IMG/VR virus record: IMGVR_UViG_3300025247_000004
Coordinates: 1 to 49,198 of that record
Direction: 5' to 3' (one strand)
Length of the DNA stretch: 49,198 nt
From: a virus
Taxonomy: Duplodnaviria > Caudoviricetes
Below the pieces are notes generated by a model. The model made no database searches and was not told the DNA's origin. It saw nothing but the letters and a program-made list of their open reading frames with translations. Position numbers and translations under genes: made by a program. Shown here piece by piece: positions 28,903 through 39,260 of this stretch; positions within the stretch are counted from its first letter, which is position 1, and each line of letters starts with the position of its first letter.

Positions 28903-30032
28903 ACCGTTGCAAATTCGATTTCAAAACCCCCGTTATCGTTCAATTGTGTATCAAAGGTCTTTTCAATCCTTGATACCGCTTTTTTGCGCTCTGATGCAAA
29001 CCTTTTAGCTACCGTATCACCTTCCATGCTCTTTGCCTCCGCAATCAGGATATCATCCTGCATTTGGATGCGCTGTGCACGGTTACTGATATTGTTGGGG
29101 TTGTGCAGGAACATCTGTAATGTCAAATAATCAAAGGTTGCCCTTATAAAAGAACCCATCCCTTGAAGGTTTGATTTTAGATATTCGCTAGGGTCCAGAT
29201 ATACTGATATATCAAAACCCAATCCATTACCACTTACCCCGTCATTAAAAGTCGCTGTTTCAGGTGATGCGCCAGTACCACTTGCCGTGTATGCCACAAA
29301 ACCATCATAGGCCAAATTGTCAATGGCACCACCATCAACAAGCACATCTGTACTGTCGATAATGAAGTACCACTTACCTTTGCCTGAAAAGCTATATCCC
29401 AGTTCCTGAAACTGTAATCTACCATTATCCGGGGTTACCGATAAAGTATCCACCAAAACACCTTGGTTGACCACATAAACATTAACCGGGGTCAAACTTT
29501 TCTTTTGCAGGGAAATACGATTGATGCGGAAACTGATATAATCACTCCCTTTTGGTTCGAACACCCATGCCGCATAATCATTTGGCAATGTAATTTCATG
29601 CCTTCCGACTTCATACAACATTTGACTGTTCACCAATCGATTTACAAGGTTGAGTTCTGATTTCACCCTATCCATTGTAGAATAGATGTGGTTTTTCAGA
29701 ACCAATGACTCCAGGTTTGTATCTATCCAGTGCGTTGTACCTGGGGCATCAGGGGAGTTGTTTAAATTGCCCACCTTTATGCTTTGGTATATCGTACCGT
29801 CAAGAGTTACCAAATCACTTCGCTTTCTTGTATCTTCATATTTCCCGTAGGTCGTAGATGCGCTCCACGCTTGTATTCCATTGAACGTATTGGGTAGGAA
29901 CTCTAAAAGATTGTTTACGTTAACGGATGGATGACCACCGCTATTGACATACATCCCACTTGTGGGAGTTGCCAACAACTCTGAATCAAGTTGTACATCG
30001 TTTGTAAAATCTTCTAGAATCCCTACGACCAT
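28899..30032 (-). CDS. Head-tail adaptor-like structural protein
   Basis: Synteny after capsid genes. Confidence 0.5.
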   Translation of the reverse strand: MVVGILEDFTNDVQLDSELLATPTSGMYVNSGGHPSVNVNNLLEFLPNTFNGIQAWSASTTYGKYEDTRKRSDLVTLDGTIYQSIKVGNLNNSPDAPGTTHWIDTNLESLVLKNHIYSTMDRVKSELNLVNRLVNSQMLYEVGRHEITLPNDYAAWVFEPKGSDYISFRINRISLQKKSLTPVNVYVVNQGVLVDTLSVTPDNGRLQFQELGYSFSGKGKWYFIIDSTDVLVDGGAIDNLAYDGFVAYTASGTGASPETATFNDGVSGNGLGFDISVYLDPSEYLKSNLQGMGSFIRATFDYLTLQMFLHNPNNISNRAQRIQMQDDILIAEAKSMEGDTVAKRFASERKKAVSRIEKTFDTQLNDNGGFEIEFATV

Positions 30033-30043
30033 ATTACTTTAGT

Positions 30044-30472
30044 TTAAGGTGCTGTTGCTGTTATACTACCTACTGAATTGCCTACACCGGAAACATAAAT
30101 GTTTGTTCCATCGGATTCTACCGTTACCTCGTCGCCCAAAGATTCAGCGGTAGCCACAAAAGAGATTGTGTTCTCATTTGAAGCTGGAACAGCTGCTCCA
30201 TTTACCACTAAATTTCCTTGAATTACATTGGTTGCACTTACTAAAGTCCAATCAGTAGTGGCAAAAGCCAAACCAGTCCTGAACTTTGCGTAAAAGCCTT
30301 TTACCAATGGAATGTCGATTTGTGCCCCGGCAGCAGCTTTAAGGATGAACAGTTTCCCGCTATCCTCCGCTGTCAAGGTCTTGGCCTCGGTAATATCCTC
30401 TACCATCAATAGATTTCCCCCTTCATTGAAGGGAACCCTACTCGCATCCGCTTGTGTCTTTAAATATCCCAT
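30044..30472 (-). CDS. Capsid decoration/minor head protein
   Basis: TLTAEDSGKLF motif; beta-rich; directly after the capsid gene. Confidence 0.55.
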   Translation of the reverse strand: MGYLKTQADASRVPFNEGGNLLMVEDITEAKTLTAEDSGKLFILKAAAGAQIDIPLVKGFYAKFRTGLAFATTDWTLVSATNVIQGNLVVNGAAVPASNENTISFVATAESLGDEVTVESDGTNIYVSGVGNSVGSITATAP

Positions 30473-30482
30473 TTCAATTATT

Positions 30483-31559
30483 TTAAGTGGTTAAACCTTT
30501 CAATTTCACAATATCATTGGCACGTGTGGTCAAATCACTATTGTACCTGTGTACAATGTAGAACCTGAACCATACGGCCATTTCCTCAAAGTGGGTCATA
30601 ATCATGTTAGAATCACTTCCAGCACCCACTAAAGAAGTAGCTTCAGTAGCTTCGTTGTTCACGTAGATATTGGCCCTCATTCTGGAGAATGGAAGCTCAA
30701 CATCACTGATAGACCATTTCTTACCAGCGAACTCCGTACCGTTACGGAAGTCATAAGGGTAGTTTTCAACTACACCAAGCGCACCATCACGGAAGAAATA
30801 ACCATTGAACACATCTGAACCAGCAGAAATATTGTGTGATTCATAAATCCTATCAGCACCGAAAATACCCAACGCCTCAAGGTTCATTTGGTTGTTTGCC
30901 CCATACTTGGCCTGTGCCACTTTTTGAGTGTACAGTCCACCTGGACTTGTGACCAACCTGTAATCACCTGAAAGTTTGTTGATATCCATCAATTGCTCCA
31001 AAGCAGCGAACATTGTTTCGTTCTGTGCTGCCTTGTTCACTTGTAGGGTATCTGTTCCAGCATCGAAAGTATAAGTACCTGAACCTTGATTGACCTGTAC
31101 GGTTCCATCCAATAATTGGGTCTTTCTTGCCTCCAAAGTGGTTGACAATAAAGATTCAATAGTGCTTGCTGCAGCATGGTCAACATTCTTCATCACTTCC
31201 ATTTTTGCCCAATCCGCATCTATCTGGTTGTTGTCGTACTGTGCAGGATAGAATCTAAATCCCGTGAATACGTCGACAGCACTGAAAGAGTACTTGTCGG
31301 ACTCTGGAAGGTTGCTTGGGATAAAATTGAATCCCGGTGTTTGCACTACCGTAACGTTCTGGTCTTTTAGAACTGGTAATTGCAGATTTCTAAGAGAAGA
31401 TGTACTCCTCATTTTATCCATTTCGCTAGGGGGAATGTAATCCACTCCAGCTGTGGAATCTTTTACCGAATTGACCAGACCAAGTTTCTTTGCACGCTTC
31501 TCATTGGTAGCCGCAGAACTCTGTAAGTCGAGCCAATCGGTTGCATCTAAATAAGCCAT
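30483..31559 (-). CDS. Major capsid protein
   Basis: 358 aa after the scaffold; synteny and composition. Confidence 0.75.
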   Translation of the reverse strand: MAYLDATDWLDLQSSAATNEKRAKKLGLVNSVKDSTAGVDYIPPSEMDKMRSTSSLRNLQLPVLKDQNVTVVQTPGFNFIPSNLPESDKYSFSAVDVFTGFRFYPAQYDNNQIDADWAKMEVMKNVDHAAASTIESLLSTTLEARKTQLLDGTVQVNQGSGTYTFDAGTDTLQVNKAAQNETMFAALEQLMDINKLSGDYRLVTSPGGLYTQKVAQAKYGANNQMNLEALGIFGADRIYESHNISAGSDVFNGYFFRDGALGVVENYPYDFRNGTEFAGKKWSISDVELPFSRMRANIYVNNEATEATSLVGAGSDSNMIMTHFEEMAVWFRFYIVHRYNSDLTTRANDIVKLKGLTT

Positions 31560-31634
31560 ATTTTTTTTGCTTTTTTAGGTTAATAAATGTGCAGGTCTGT
31601 CTGCGGTTAAATACTCAATTTCAGGGGTCTGTCC

Positions 31635-32528
31635 CTATGCGGCCTTATTTCCGGCCATTATTTTTTTGTTCATTTCAGCGAACTGCTTACTATACTCTGT
31701 ATGTGCAGGGCCTATGCCTTTTTCAGCTAAATGCTCTTTAATGAGCTTTGAACGTGTTTTCGCATCAGCATCCTTAGGCACCTTGAATGGAATACCCTCA
31801 ATCACCTCACCTTCGGCTGGCCTCGCTCCAGTACCTCCCTGTTGTCTACCTTTTGAAAGCTCTTGGATGTTCTCATCCTTTGCTACCAAATCAGACAGCT
31901 TGGATTGTTTATACTGGTTTTCCTTACTGATAGCGACTGCTTCACCGTCCACTATCTCAATATTGTACTCATTGAGAATTGCGCTCTTGAACTCTTCCCA
32001 TTTTGCTTTTACCTCGTATGGATTCACGCTATCAGGAAAGTTTGGCTTTGCACCGTTAAATGCCACTTCCAACTTCAATCCGGATAATTGTTGTCCATAT
32101 TCATCTGCCTTTGTCGCTTTTTCTTTCAACTCATCGTAATCCGCATATTTTTGCAATGCCTCGTCCAAATCAGATTTTGCCTTGTCCAATTCGGATTTAA
32201 GGGCATCCCCGCCCTTGAACTCTTTTAATTTTTGCTCGTAATCTCCTTTTAGTTTTTCAAGTTCTTCCTGTTTTGAACTCACCACCTGATCGGAAAGCCT
32301 CTTTAAATAATCGGCGTGCTTTTCGCCTTGCTGTCTTTCCAATGAAATACCAAACTGTTTTTGAGTGGATGTGATCACCCCATCAAGGATGTTGTTTGCA
32401 TTTTCGTTGGCCTTTCCATCCCATTGTTGTTGCAATTCGGCAATATGCCCTTTACCAAACTCGGAAACGGCTTTTACCTGCTCTTCTGTCAGGTTGTTCT
32501 CTTTTATAAAATCTTCTGAAAATTCCAT
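31635..32528 (-). CDS. Capsid scaffolding protein
   Basis: Acidic coiled coil with GGTG motif near the C terminus. Confidence 0.7.
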   Translation of the reverse strand: MEFSEDFIKENNLTEEQVKAVSEFGKGHIAELQQQWDGKANENANNILDGVITSTQKQFGISLERQQGEKHADYLKRLSDQVVSSKQEELEKLKGDYEQKLKEFKGGDALKSELDKAKSDLDEALQKYADYDELKEKATKADEYGQQLSGLKLEVAFNGAKPNFPDSVNPYEVKAKWEEFKSAILNEYNIEIVDGEAVAISKENQYKQSKLSDLVAKDENIQELSKGRQQGGTGARPAEGEVIEGIPFKVPKDADAKTRSKLIKEHLAEKGIGPAHTEYSKQFAEMNKKIMAGNKAA

Positions 32529-32534
32529 AGTCTG

Positions 32535-33029
32535 TTATGAATTTTTTACTTCTTCAATTTTTGCTTTCAATGTAGCTTCGTCCCATCCATGGAACGGCTT
32601 TTTACCCACCACTTCTTCATATTCGGCGCGTACTGCTTCCAAATCATCGTTCTTAGTATCTTTGGGCTGTTTCTTATCTTTTTTACCACCCACCAAAGCA
32701 TCTAATTTCGCCTCCAGTTCCGCTATCCTCTTTTGTTCCGGTGTCAATTCAACTTCTTGTACTTTGTTGGCGTTATCCACCTCTTTTTGAATGGCATCGA
32801 TTTTTGATTTATCCTCTTCATCATCAACCAAGAAAGCCTCAACCGTTGGTTTTACGTAACCCAATAATTTTACGTTCTTGATAAAGTTTGACCACTCCAA
32901 AGAGTTGTGGGACAACTTTACAAGTATGTTCTCGTTCTGAACCTTACCCGAAGAATCATAACTCAACTCTTCGTTTCGTCCATTACCCTTGTACACCCGT
33001 AGATGCACTGTTGTTTTCTGTTTGCTCAT
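32535..33029 (-). CDS. Head-module protein with C-terminal helical (HeH-like) motif
   Basis: YEEVVGKKPFHGWDEATLKAKI. Confidence 0.55.
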   Translation of the reverse strand: MSKQKTTVHLRVYKGNGRNEELSYDSSGKVQNENILVKLSHNSLEWSNFIKNVKLLGYVKPTVEAFLVDDEEDKSKIDAIQKEVDNANKVQEVELTPEQKRIAELEAKLDALVGGKKDKKQPKDTKNDDLEAVRAEYEEVVGKKPFHGWDEATLKAKIEEVKNS

Positions 33030-34698
33030 AGTCTGCTATTATTAATTGTTTCAATAGTTCGTTTATAATCGCCAATTTCTCGGCATCCGTTCCATCCATC
33101 AAATCCCAGAAATATGTTATTTCTCCGTATTGTGATTCAAATGATGATATGTAGTAGTTGAACCTCGTTTGAAGGGCGAATACCGTGTCATTAACTATTC
33201 CCCTTTCAATGGCCTTATCAAAATCAACATCATTGCTGTACGGTAAAAGTTCGTACAATAGTGTTTCGCGTTTAGCCTTTGATGGGTTATATCGGTTTCT
33301 GTTCTGGGTGAGCCTCAAAAGAATGTTCCTTCGCTCAATGGCATTCGGTGATTTTTTATATAGACCATAAAGTTCATCCTGTGTCTCCAAGAAGAAATCA
33401 CTTCCATAATAACAATCCACACTGACCGCATCAGGGCCATATTTCAATGCCAATAATTTATAATCGGATAGGCTTCTTATCCTTGATAGTTCATTTGAGA
33501 ACGATCTAAGTTTGTCTTGTTTGCTGATATAACTTTTCTCGACCTGAAGTTCGTTCTTTGCCGATTCGTTCTGTTCTGAATAATCACCCAATACATGGGA
33601 TATGATTCCCTTTTCAATCTGCTGGATGCGTTTGTTGATGTAATCCAACGCCTCGATTGGCACATAAAGGAACTTTAAGAAGTTTTGAACCGCATCTACA
33701 TCAATGGAACCGTCATTCTTCTTTATCATCGGCATTTTTATCCTTGTCCCGGCCTGAAGGGGCGAATCGTTCTTTACCCCTTGTACCTCACTACCGTATT
33801 CCGATGATTGTCCGCCTATCTCTTTTGCGGACATTGGTTTTGCGCCATCCGTATCGTTGCCCTGTTTTTTCTTGACCTTGGCATCCAATTCTATTGTAAT
33901 GGGAATTGCGCCATTGGGTTCGGTCATCCGAAGAAGTGTTTTTAAGAACACATATTCCTCAAAAGCCTCTAATGAGTAACTGAATATTGAACGTCTTACA
34001 ATGTCGTTGTCATCAAAAGATTCCTTTGCGATATAATCGGCTGGACATTTTTCAAGGTCATGTGGCGTGCTTACAAGTTCGACGTAATCATTGTTGTAGA
34101 AAGCGTACTTTTCAGAATCCATGTAAGCGAACCCTTTTACTTTCCTGCCCTCAACATCAACTATTGCCCTGTACGCTATTTTTTTGATTTCACCATCCTT
34201 ACTATCAATGGCCACCACCTTTTCAATGGAAACCAATTCACGGTAAGGCTTATTTATATCCTCTAGGTCATTTATAAGGATTGCGTTATGCTCGAATAAA
34301 AGTGCATTGAATATCTTTTCGTCGAATTTATCAGAACTTAATTCCTCTGGGGCTTCCTCTGGATTTCCTTTTATGAGATAATTGAACCTGGAATCCTCCG
34401 CATGGAAAACGCGGCTCAATGATTCTTTTATCCTATTCTGGACAAGGTTTGCTGATGGTAATGGGTGACGGAAGTATTTGTAGAAAGCTAGAAAGTTTTC
34501 AGTCTTGAACACCGCCTTTACCCAATTCAAGAAATGGTCGTTGCCGATATAGTTGCGGTTGGCCCATTGCTTTAGGTATTCAATATTGACCTCCTTTTGT
34601 ATGGAACTACGGGTGAAGTATGACAACTGGGCCTGCTGCCTAGCTGCCAGTTCCAATCCATCCTTACCCTTACGTTGCCTTATGAAATCGACTTCCAT
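32983..34698 (-). CDS. Portal protein
   Basis: 571 aa, first gene of the head operon. Confidence 0.75.
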   Translation of the reverse strand: MEVDFIRQRKGKDGLELAARQQAQLSYFTRSSIQKEVNIEYLKQWANRNYIGNDHFLNWVKAVFKTENFLAFYKYFRHPLPSANLVQNRIKESLSRVFHAEDSRFNYLIKGNPEEAPEELSSDKFDEKIFNALLFEHNAILINDLEDINKPYRELVSIEKVVAIDSKDGEIKKIAYRAIVDVEGRKVKGFAYMDSEKYAFYNNDYVELVSTPHDLEKCPADYIAKESFDDNDIVRRSIFSYSLEAFEEYVFLKTLLRMTEPNGAIPITIELDAKVKKKQGNDTDGAKPMSAKEIGGQSSEYGSEVQGVKNDSPLQAGTRIKMPMIKKNDGSIDVDAVQNFLKFLYVPIEALDYINKRIQQIEKGIISHVLGDYSEQNESAKNELQVEKSYISKQDKLRSFSNELSRIRSLSDYKLLALKYGPDAVSVDCYYGSDFFLETQDELYGLYKKSPNAIERRNILLRLTQNRNRYNPSKAKRETLLYELLPYSNDVDFDKAIERGIVNDTVFALQTRFNYYISSFESQYGEITYFWDLMDGTDAEKLAIINELLKQLIIADYEQTENNSASTGVQG

Positions 34699-34847
34699 TA
34701 AAAAACCCTGTTATATAGACCTTACGGGGTCAAACAGGGTTTTAAATTGTCCATCTAATAAAACGCCCATCTTGTAACTCCCGTTAAGGAATACTAGATG
34801 GACATTTCAAAGATAGTAAAAAATGTTTTATTTATAACAAAATGTTA
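34699..34847 (-). promoter_or_regulatory. Late promoter (-7 TATCTTTG, 34808-34815), conserved box and structured leader with terminator-like hairpin
   Basis: Stems TGTCCATCTA/TAGATGGACA and AAAACCCTGT/ACAGGGTTTT. Confidence 0.65.
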
Positions 34848-35091
34848 TATTTTTATTTTAATTATTATGAATTAGAATGGCTTATGGATTTATTGTTTAT
34901 GGTTTTGTGCAATTATGTTTTCAAGCGGAATATATGTGTAATCCTTTTCGGTTTTGTGGTACAGAATACCGTATGATTCTTTTTGGTTTCGTTTATCTGC
35001 ATTTTCAATGTGATTGACGACCATACACTTATATCCGTTGATAACGCCTAGTTCTAGTAAGCATTTTTCAATATGATTCATATTATTCTTT

Positions 35092-35304
35092 TTAATCTCT
35101 TTCATTCCAAATATCCCAAGCTTTACGCTCATCATCGTCTGTCGGCCTACCATAATCACTTCTATTTCCTTTTGCTCCAGAACAGTCATTACATTCAATT
35201 CTTGCCATTGAAAAACCACTGTCGCCATGACCATAATTTATTTGGTACTTAAATGAAAGATTGTTTCCACCGCAAAATGGACATGGTTTTATATCTTTTT
35301 TCAT
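35092..35304 (-). CDS. Lar-family (restriction alleviation) zinc-ribbon protein
   Basis: IKPCPFCGG...IECNDCSG...AWDIWNER. Confidence 0.75.
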   Translation of the reverse strand: MKKDIKPCPFCGGNNLSFKYQINYGHGDSGFSMARIECNDCSGAKGNRSDYGRPTDDDERKAWDIWNERD

Positions 35305-35306
35305 AA

Positions 35307-35558
35307 TTACTTATTAAAATTAATATACCCTCTAGTTGTCATATACAGATCACTGAACGTTTCAAAATCATCTTCAAAAAGTTTCTTTTCAGCATCATTG
35401 AAACCTACTAAAACACAATTGCCATCTTTATCCATAAAAACAGCCTTTTCGATTTTTATAGGTTCTTTTTCAAGAAACAATGGAACGTATATACCACGAC
35501 CAAAAATATTATGTATTAATTCATGTGCTGAATTTAAAGCCCTTTTAAAAATATTCAT
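35307..35558 (-). CDS. Hypothetical protein
   Basis: ORF in inserted cluster. Confidence 0.55.
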   Translation of the reverse strand: MNIFKRALNSAHELIHNIFGRGIYVPLFLEKEPIKIEKAVFMDKDGNCVLVGFNDAEKKLFEDDFETFSDLYMTTRGYINFNK

Positions 35559-35752
35559 CTAAACTTCAATTTATAAATAAATTCACTTACATTTTACAAC
35601 CACATAACCATCGCCATCGTAACGCATCAATTTCTTCCTACTGAATATGTTGTACAGTTTGTTCTCGTTTATTCCGGTGGCCTCGCACAACGCCCTTAAA
35701 TTACTGAAAGAATAGTACTCGTCTATTGTTTTGTTGTGGTAGATGTACATTG

Positions 35753-36016
35753 TTAGTTTTTTTCTTCTAAAATTTTCTTGGCAAAATCAACATCCCAAAT
35801 CATATCTATCACTGTGTTATATTCAACTTTTAATAACATCGCCATAATTCTAACATTTTTAACAGCTTCCGCCTCTATAATAGAACTTCTTTTTTCAGCT
35901 ATTTCAGAATAAACAGTTACGTAACCAGAATAGTCCGCACCTTTTTCTAATTCTTTAGTTGCCCTGTTAAATATTTCTTTTGTCGCTTGTAGATCTTGAA
36001 GTGATACGGTTATCAT
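35753..36016 (-). CDS. Hypothetical protein
   Basis: ORF downstream of a TATATTTG box (~36042-36049). Confidence 0.6.
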   Translation of the reverse strand: MITVSLQDLQATKEIFNRATKELEKGADYSGYVTVYSEIAEKRSSIIEAEAVKNVRIMAMLLKVEYNTVIDMIWDVDFAKKILEEKN

Positions 36017-36168
36017 GGCTTATTGTTTTTTTGTTACACTACAAATATAACACACTATTTTGTATTACGCAAGTATTTTTACAAATAAATGTATAATAGT
36101 TTGTAATCTTAACATTTACCCTTGCATCAAAACCAGGTTTTCCATACATTTAAACCAAACACTACCAA

Positions 36169-36438
36169 ATGAAACGATTATTTATTATTGCGCTGCTTGT
36201 TGCTGGATGCTCAAAGGGTGATAGGGAGGATAGTTGTCAATGTGAAAATATGATGGCACTTGACTTTAGTGAGGATGCTTATAGGCAGGTAACACTTAAG
36301 ATATGCGGTGCATTGGAGAAAAGCCTTGAAAACAATGGTGGTATAGAGACACGCAACGGTGTTAGGTATATTTCAGAGAATGATTGGTCCAGTTGGAGAC
36401 AAATGGCGTTCGAGCAAGGTTGTATGTCTGCTCCTTAA
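36169..36438 (+). CDS. Small Cys-rich lipoprotein (moron)
   Basis: MKRLFIIALLVAGC lipobox; opposite strand to the late genes. Confidence 0.75.
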   Translation: MKRLFIIALLVAGCSKGDREDSCQCENMMALDFSEDAYRQVTLKICGALEKSLENNGGIETRNGVRYISENDWSSWRQMAFEQGCMSAP

Positions 36439-37859
36439 TCCCATTCCACTTCAACATCCGTTCCATCGTTCCAAGCCATGTGAGCATATCTGGCGGAATC
36501 CCAAAAATGATTATGCTTGTCAATTGGCTGGTTTATCATTATCCCGTTTATTTCCTTCCATTTGTAATTCTCACGCTCTTTTTTTACGTATTTCCATAGT
36601 TCATTCTTTACCACGTGGATTTTTTTGTTCTTCATGGATAGCAACCAAAAGGTTATCCCCTTGGTCTTGCTTACCTTGAACGCGCCAATCCATCCCAAGT
36701 CAAATATTCCCCGTACCATTTCAACTGTTCCTTTGTTCTCTCCCGTGTACTTATCCGAAGAATCACAGGCAATTGGTAAATCCTGCTCAACACCATTTGC
36801 AAGAAGTTCATTACCTAATTCCTCTGGGGTCTCAATGCTATGGTATGCCAGTAGTTCAATATAGATGTTGTTTTTATCCTCTGAATACCTGACCAAACTA
36901 TTGGGATCTGCGGTGAATCCAAAATCATTGCCATAGATGTATGCCACGTCTTTAGGAAACTCATCTATCCAAACAATACGCTGAAATATCACCCCTTTCA
37001 TTGAACCTTTCAAACCAAGCCCATAAACACGCCACATAAACTCATCAGCGGTTCCGTTCTTTACGTTTTCCGGGTGCGGTGGTGGTTGGTTCTTTTCACT
37101 TACTGGTTTATTGTTATAATAAAGTTCGTCGTCTATTACAATGTAAGAACCTGGCATAAACGGCTCATAACCGATAATCTTATTGTACTCCTGTGGGCTT
37201 ATGAATTTATTGTCCTTAAAAGTAGTGTGAAGGAATCCCACTTGTGGATTGGGCATTACGTTATCAAACACCCAATGTTCAGTAAAACTTGGGTTATAGT
37301 CCATCCACCAGAATATCCTGCAACGCATTGTAACTTGGTCGAACACGCTTTTAGATATATGCATTACTTCGTTAAAGAAAGCATAATCACAACCACCACC
37401 ATGCTTTCCGTCGCCCAAGAAGTGTATGGTTGATTTACCTATCTTGAAGCTTTTGACCTCTTGCGCCTCGTGGAACTTATTTGGAAGCCCGAACATATCC
37501 AGAATGCGCTTAAAGTCGTCGTACAGCGTTGTTTTAAACTCGTTATAAGTTTCCCTATAAATATTTATTGTTACACCGTCTGGGTGCTTTACGGTACATA
37601 AATAAATGATAAAGAATATTCCCGACCAAGTTTTCGTGGATCTACTGGAGCCTTGCAAAACGCATCCGGCATAACCTTTAAGTAGTTTAGGTTTTCCGTT
37701 TTGGTCAAATCCCCATTTTTGGGAATGAAGGGAATCATAAAGGAATTGATAATTAGGTGAAGTGTTTTCGTCGAAGTTGGTCAATCCATCTTTTAAAACA
37801 TCTATTTCCTCTTCATGCCAAAGCCTTTCAAGTTCAAGTATTTCATCATCAGTCAGCAT
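36435..37859 (-). CDS. terL: Terminase large subunit
   Basis: GSSRSTKT Walker A-like, FFNE Walker B, DYNP, nuclease DFGF..DP and NHFWDSARY. Confidence 0.92.
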   Translation of the reverse strand: MLTDDEILELERLWHEEEIDVLKDGLTNFDENTSPNYQFLYDSLHSQKWGFDQNGKPKLLKGYAGCVLQGSSRSTKTWSGIFFIIYLCTVKHPDGVTINIYRETYNEFKTTLYDDFKRILDMFGLPNKFHEAQEVKSFKIGKSTIHFLGDGKHGGGCDYAFFNEVMHISKSVFDQVTMRCRIFWWMDYNPSFTEHWVFDNVMPNPQVGFLHTTFKDNKFISPQEYNKIIGYEPFMPGSYIVIDDELYYNNKPVSEKNQPPPHPENVKNGTADEFMWRVYGLGLKGSMKGVIFQRIVWIDEFPKDVAYIYGNDFGFTADPNSLVRYSEDKNNIYIELLAYHSIETPEELGNELLANGVEQDLPIACDSSDKYTGENKGTVEMVRGIFDLGWIGAFKVSKTKGITFWLLSMKNKKIHVVKNELWKYVKKERENYKWKEINGIMINQPIDKHNHFWDSARYAHMAWNDGTDVEVEWD

Positions 37860-38391
37860 TGGCCTTTCTTAAAAGCTGTTCGATACGTCTTTTTCTATCG
37901 GTTCTGGAAAGAGGTTGGTTTTTTTGATAATTATCTATTGCATAGAAGCCAGTATGTTTGTGGATCATTTCCATGGCTTTTTCCTTTGATACGAACTTTA
38001 ACTCTATGGTTGTTTTGATGTTTTCGTTATCCTTACCAAACCTGGTTTCTGATTTTTTATAGGAAGTGATCAATCTGCGAACTTCAGGAGGTAACTGCCT
38101 TACTTCTTCTATATCCAATTCTAAAGTTTCGGTAATATCCGAATAGGCCCAGTTTTCAATTTCCCTTAATAGTTCAGCGTGGGAGGTTTTTAGTGCTGTC
38201 TGTGCCTCTTTATGCTTTTCTTGTAGATACTCCTCTATTCGTGGATTTTCGTGGATATCCCTAAAACCTTTATCGGCAGTATTGTATGTTGAATCTGGAT
38301 ATATTTTTTGGTAGGCTTTCACCCCATTGAATCCATTAACGAAGTATTCGTCTATTACAAGTTTGTACTTTTCAATAGTGGATTCTTTCAT
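37849..38391 (-). CDS. terS: Terminase small subunit
   Basis: EYFVNGFNGVKAY...KEKAMEMI.KH.G motifs; upstream of terL. Confidence 0.85.
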   Translation of the reverse strand: MKESTIEKYKLVIDEYFVNGFNGVKAYQKIYPDSTYNTADKGFRDIHENPRIEEYLQEKHKEAQTALKTSHAELLREIENWAYSDITETLELDIEEVRQLPPEVRRLITSYKKSETRFGKDNENIKTTIELKFVSKEKAMEMIHKHTGFYAIDNYQKNQPLSRTDRKRRIEQLLRKANAD

Positions 38392-38412
38392 TGTGATAGT
38401 CTGTTAACACAA

Positions 38413-38547
38413 TTAAAGGTCTATCAGTTCATCCTCACAAACCTTTGTTTCAATGAATTTATCTATTGACACCCCGTTTATTTCGGATAGTGCCATTGCT
38501 GCGATGTACGCTTGTTCAGAAATTTCTATGGTGAGTATTCTGCTCAT
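38413..38547 (-). CDS. Small ribbon-helix-helix-like protein (44 aa)
   Basis: MSRILTIEISEQAY...GVSIDKFIE. Confidence 0.4.
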   Translation of the reverse strand: MSRILTIEISEQAYIAAMALSEINGVSIDKFIETKVCEDELIDL

Positions 38548-38600
38548 ACATCAAATGTTTTAAACATAACAATAAGTTTCAAATATAACATTTTTATATA

Positions 38601-38918
38601 TCAATTCCAATAGATGAAATCTTTTTGTTTTTGTTGGTCTTTATATTTAGGTTGTAACCTTTGCTTTATTTCAATCTCCGAATATTCCCGAAGAGGTATA
38701 TGGTTTTTTATTTCCACATTTCCGGTTATATCATAACCAAGTCTATTGTAAACATATATTGCGTGGGATTCATCGGTATAGATTTCACCTCCAGGAAACC
38801 TGTCTTGTAAAATGAGTGCAAATCCATAGCAATTTCCTTTTGTGAAAATGTTTACTGCATTAGGTATATACTCTTGATAGAGTTTTATTGTATCAATTAT
38901 GTCGTTATAGTTATACAT
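38601..38918 (-). CDS. Hypothetical phage protein (GNCYGFA...H...YDITG)
   Basis: Cys-His-Asp pattern suggests a papain-like fold; weak. Confidence 0.6.
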   Translation of the reverse strand: MYNYNDIIDTIKLYQEYIPNAVNIFTKGNCYGFALILQDRFPGGEIYTDESHAIYVYNRLGYDITGNVEIKNHIPLREYSEIEIKQRLQPKYKDQQKQKDFIYWN

Positions 38919-38948
38919 GGTCTATTGCCAATGTCATTGTTTGGAACA

Positions 38949-39260
38949 TCATTTGTTTTTTCTTCTTAAATTGTTGAATTTTAAACATATATCATTATGT
39001 ATTGTTTTTATTGAGTCTATTTTATTTTCAGAAATATTATGATAATATTCTGAATAAACAATATCCCCACCTATCCAGTACAAAGAACTTATAGAAAATG
39101 TTTTTTCTCCCGTATCTGGATTTATTTTATCTAACGAAACATAAAAATCATCTGTATAATTATAAATAGTGTCAAATATTGGGCTAAAGGCCATTTCCAT
39201 TAAAGAAACAATCCATGATAAAATGGCTATACCAATAAATATTTTTGTTGCTCTTTTCAC
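38949..39260 (-). CDS. Membrane-anchored hypothetical protein
   Basis: N-terminal hydrophobic helix. Confidence 0.55.
   Translation of the reverse strand: MKRATKIFIGIAILSWIVSLMEMAFSPIFDTIYNYTDDFYVSLDKINPDTGEKTFSISSLYWIGGDIVYSEYYHNISENKIDSIKTIHNDICLKFNNLRRKNK

Noticed and set aside
34890-35234. 114-aa ORF overlapping the Lar-like gene
   Set aside because: The N-terminal part is an alternate frame of the Lar-like gene; any real gene probably starts at 35081 (MNHIEK)
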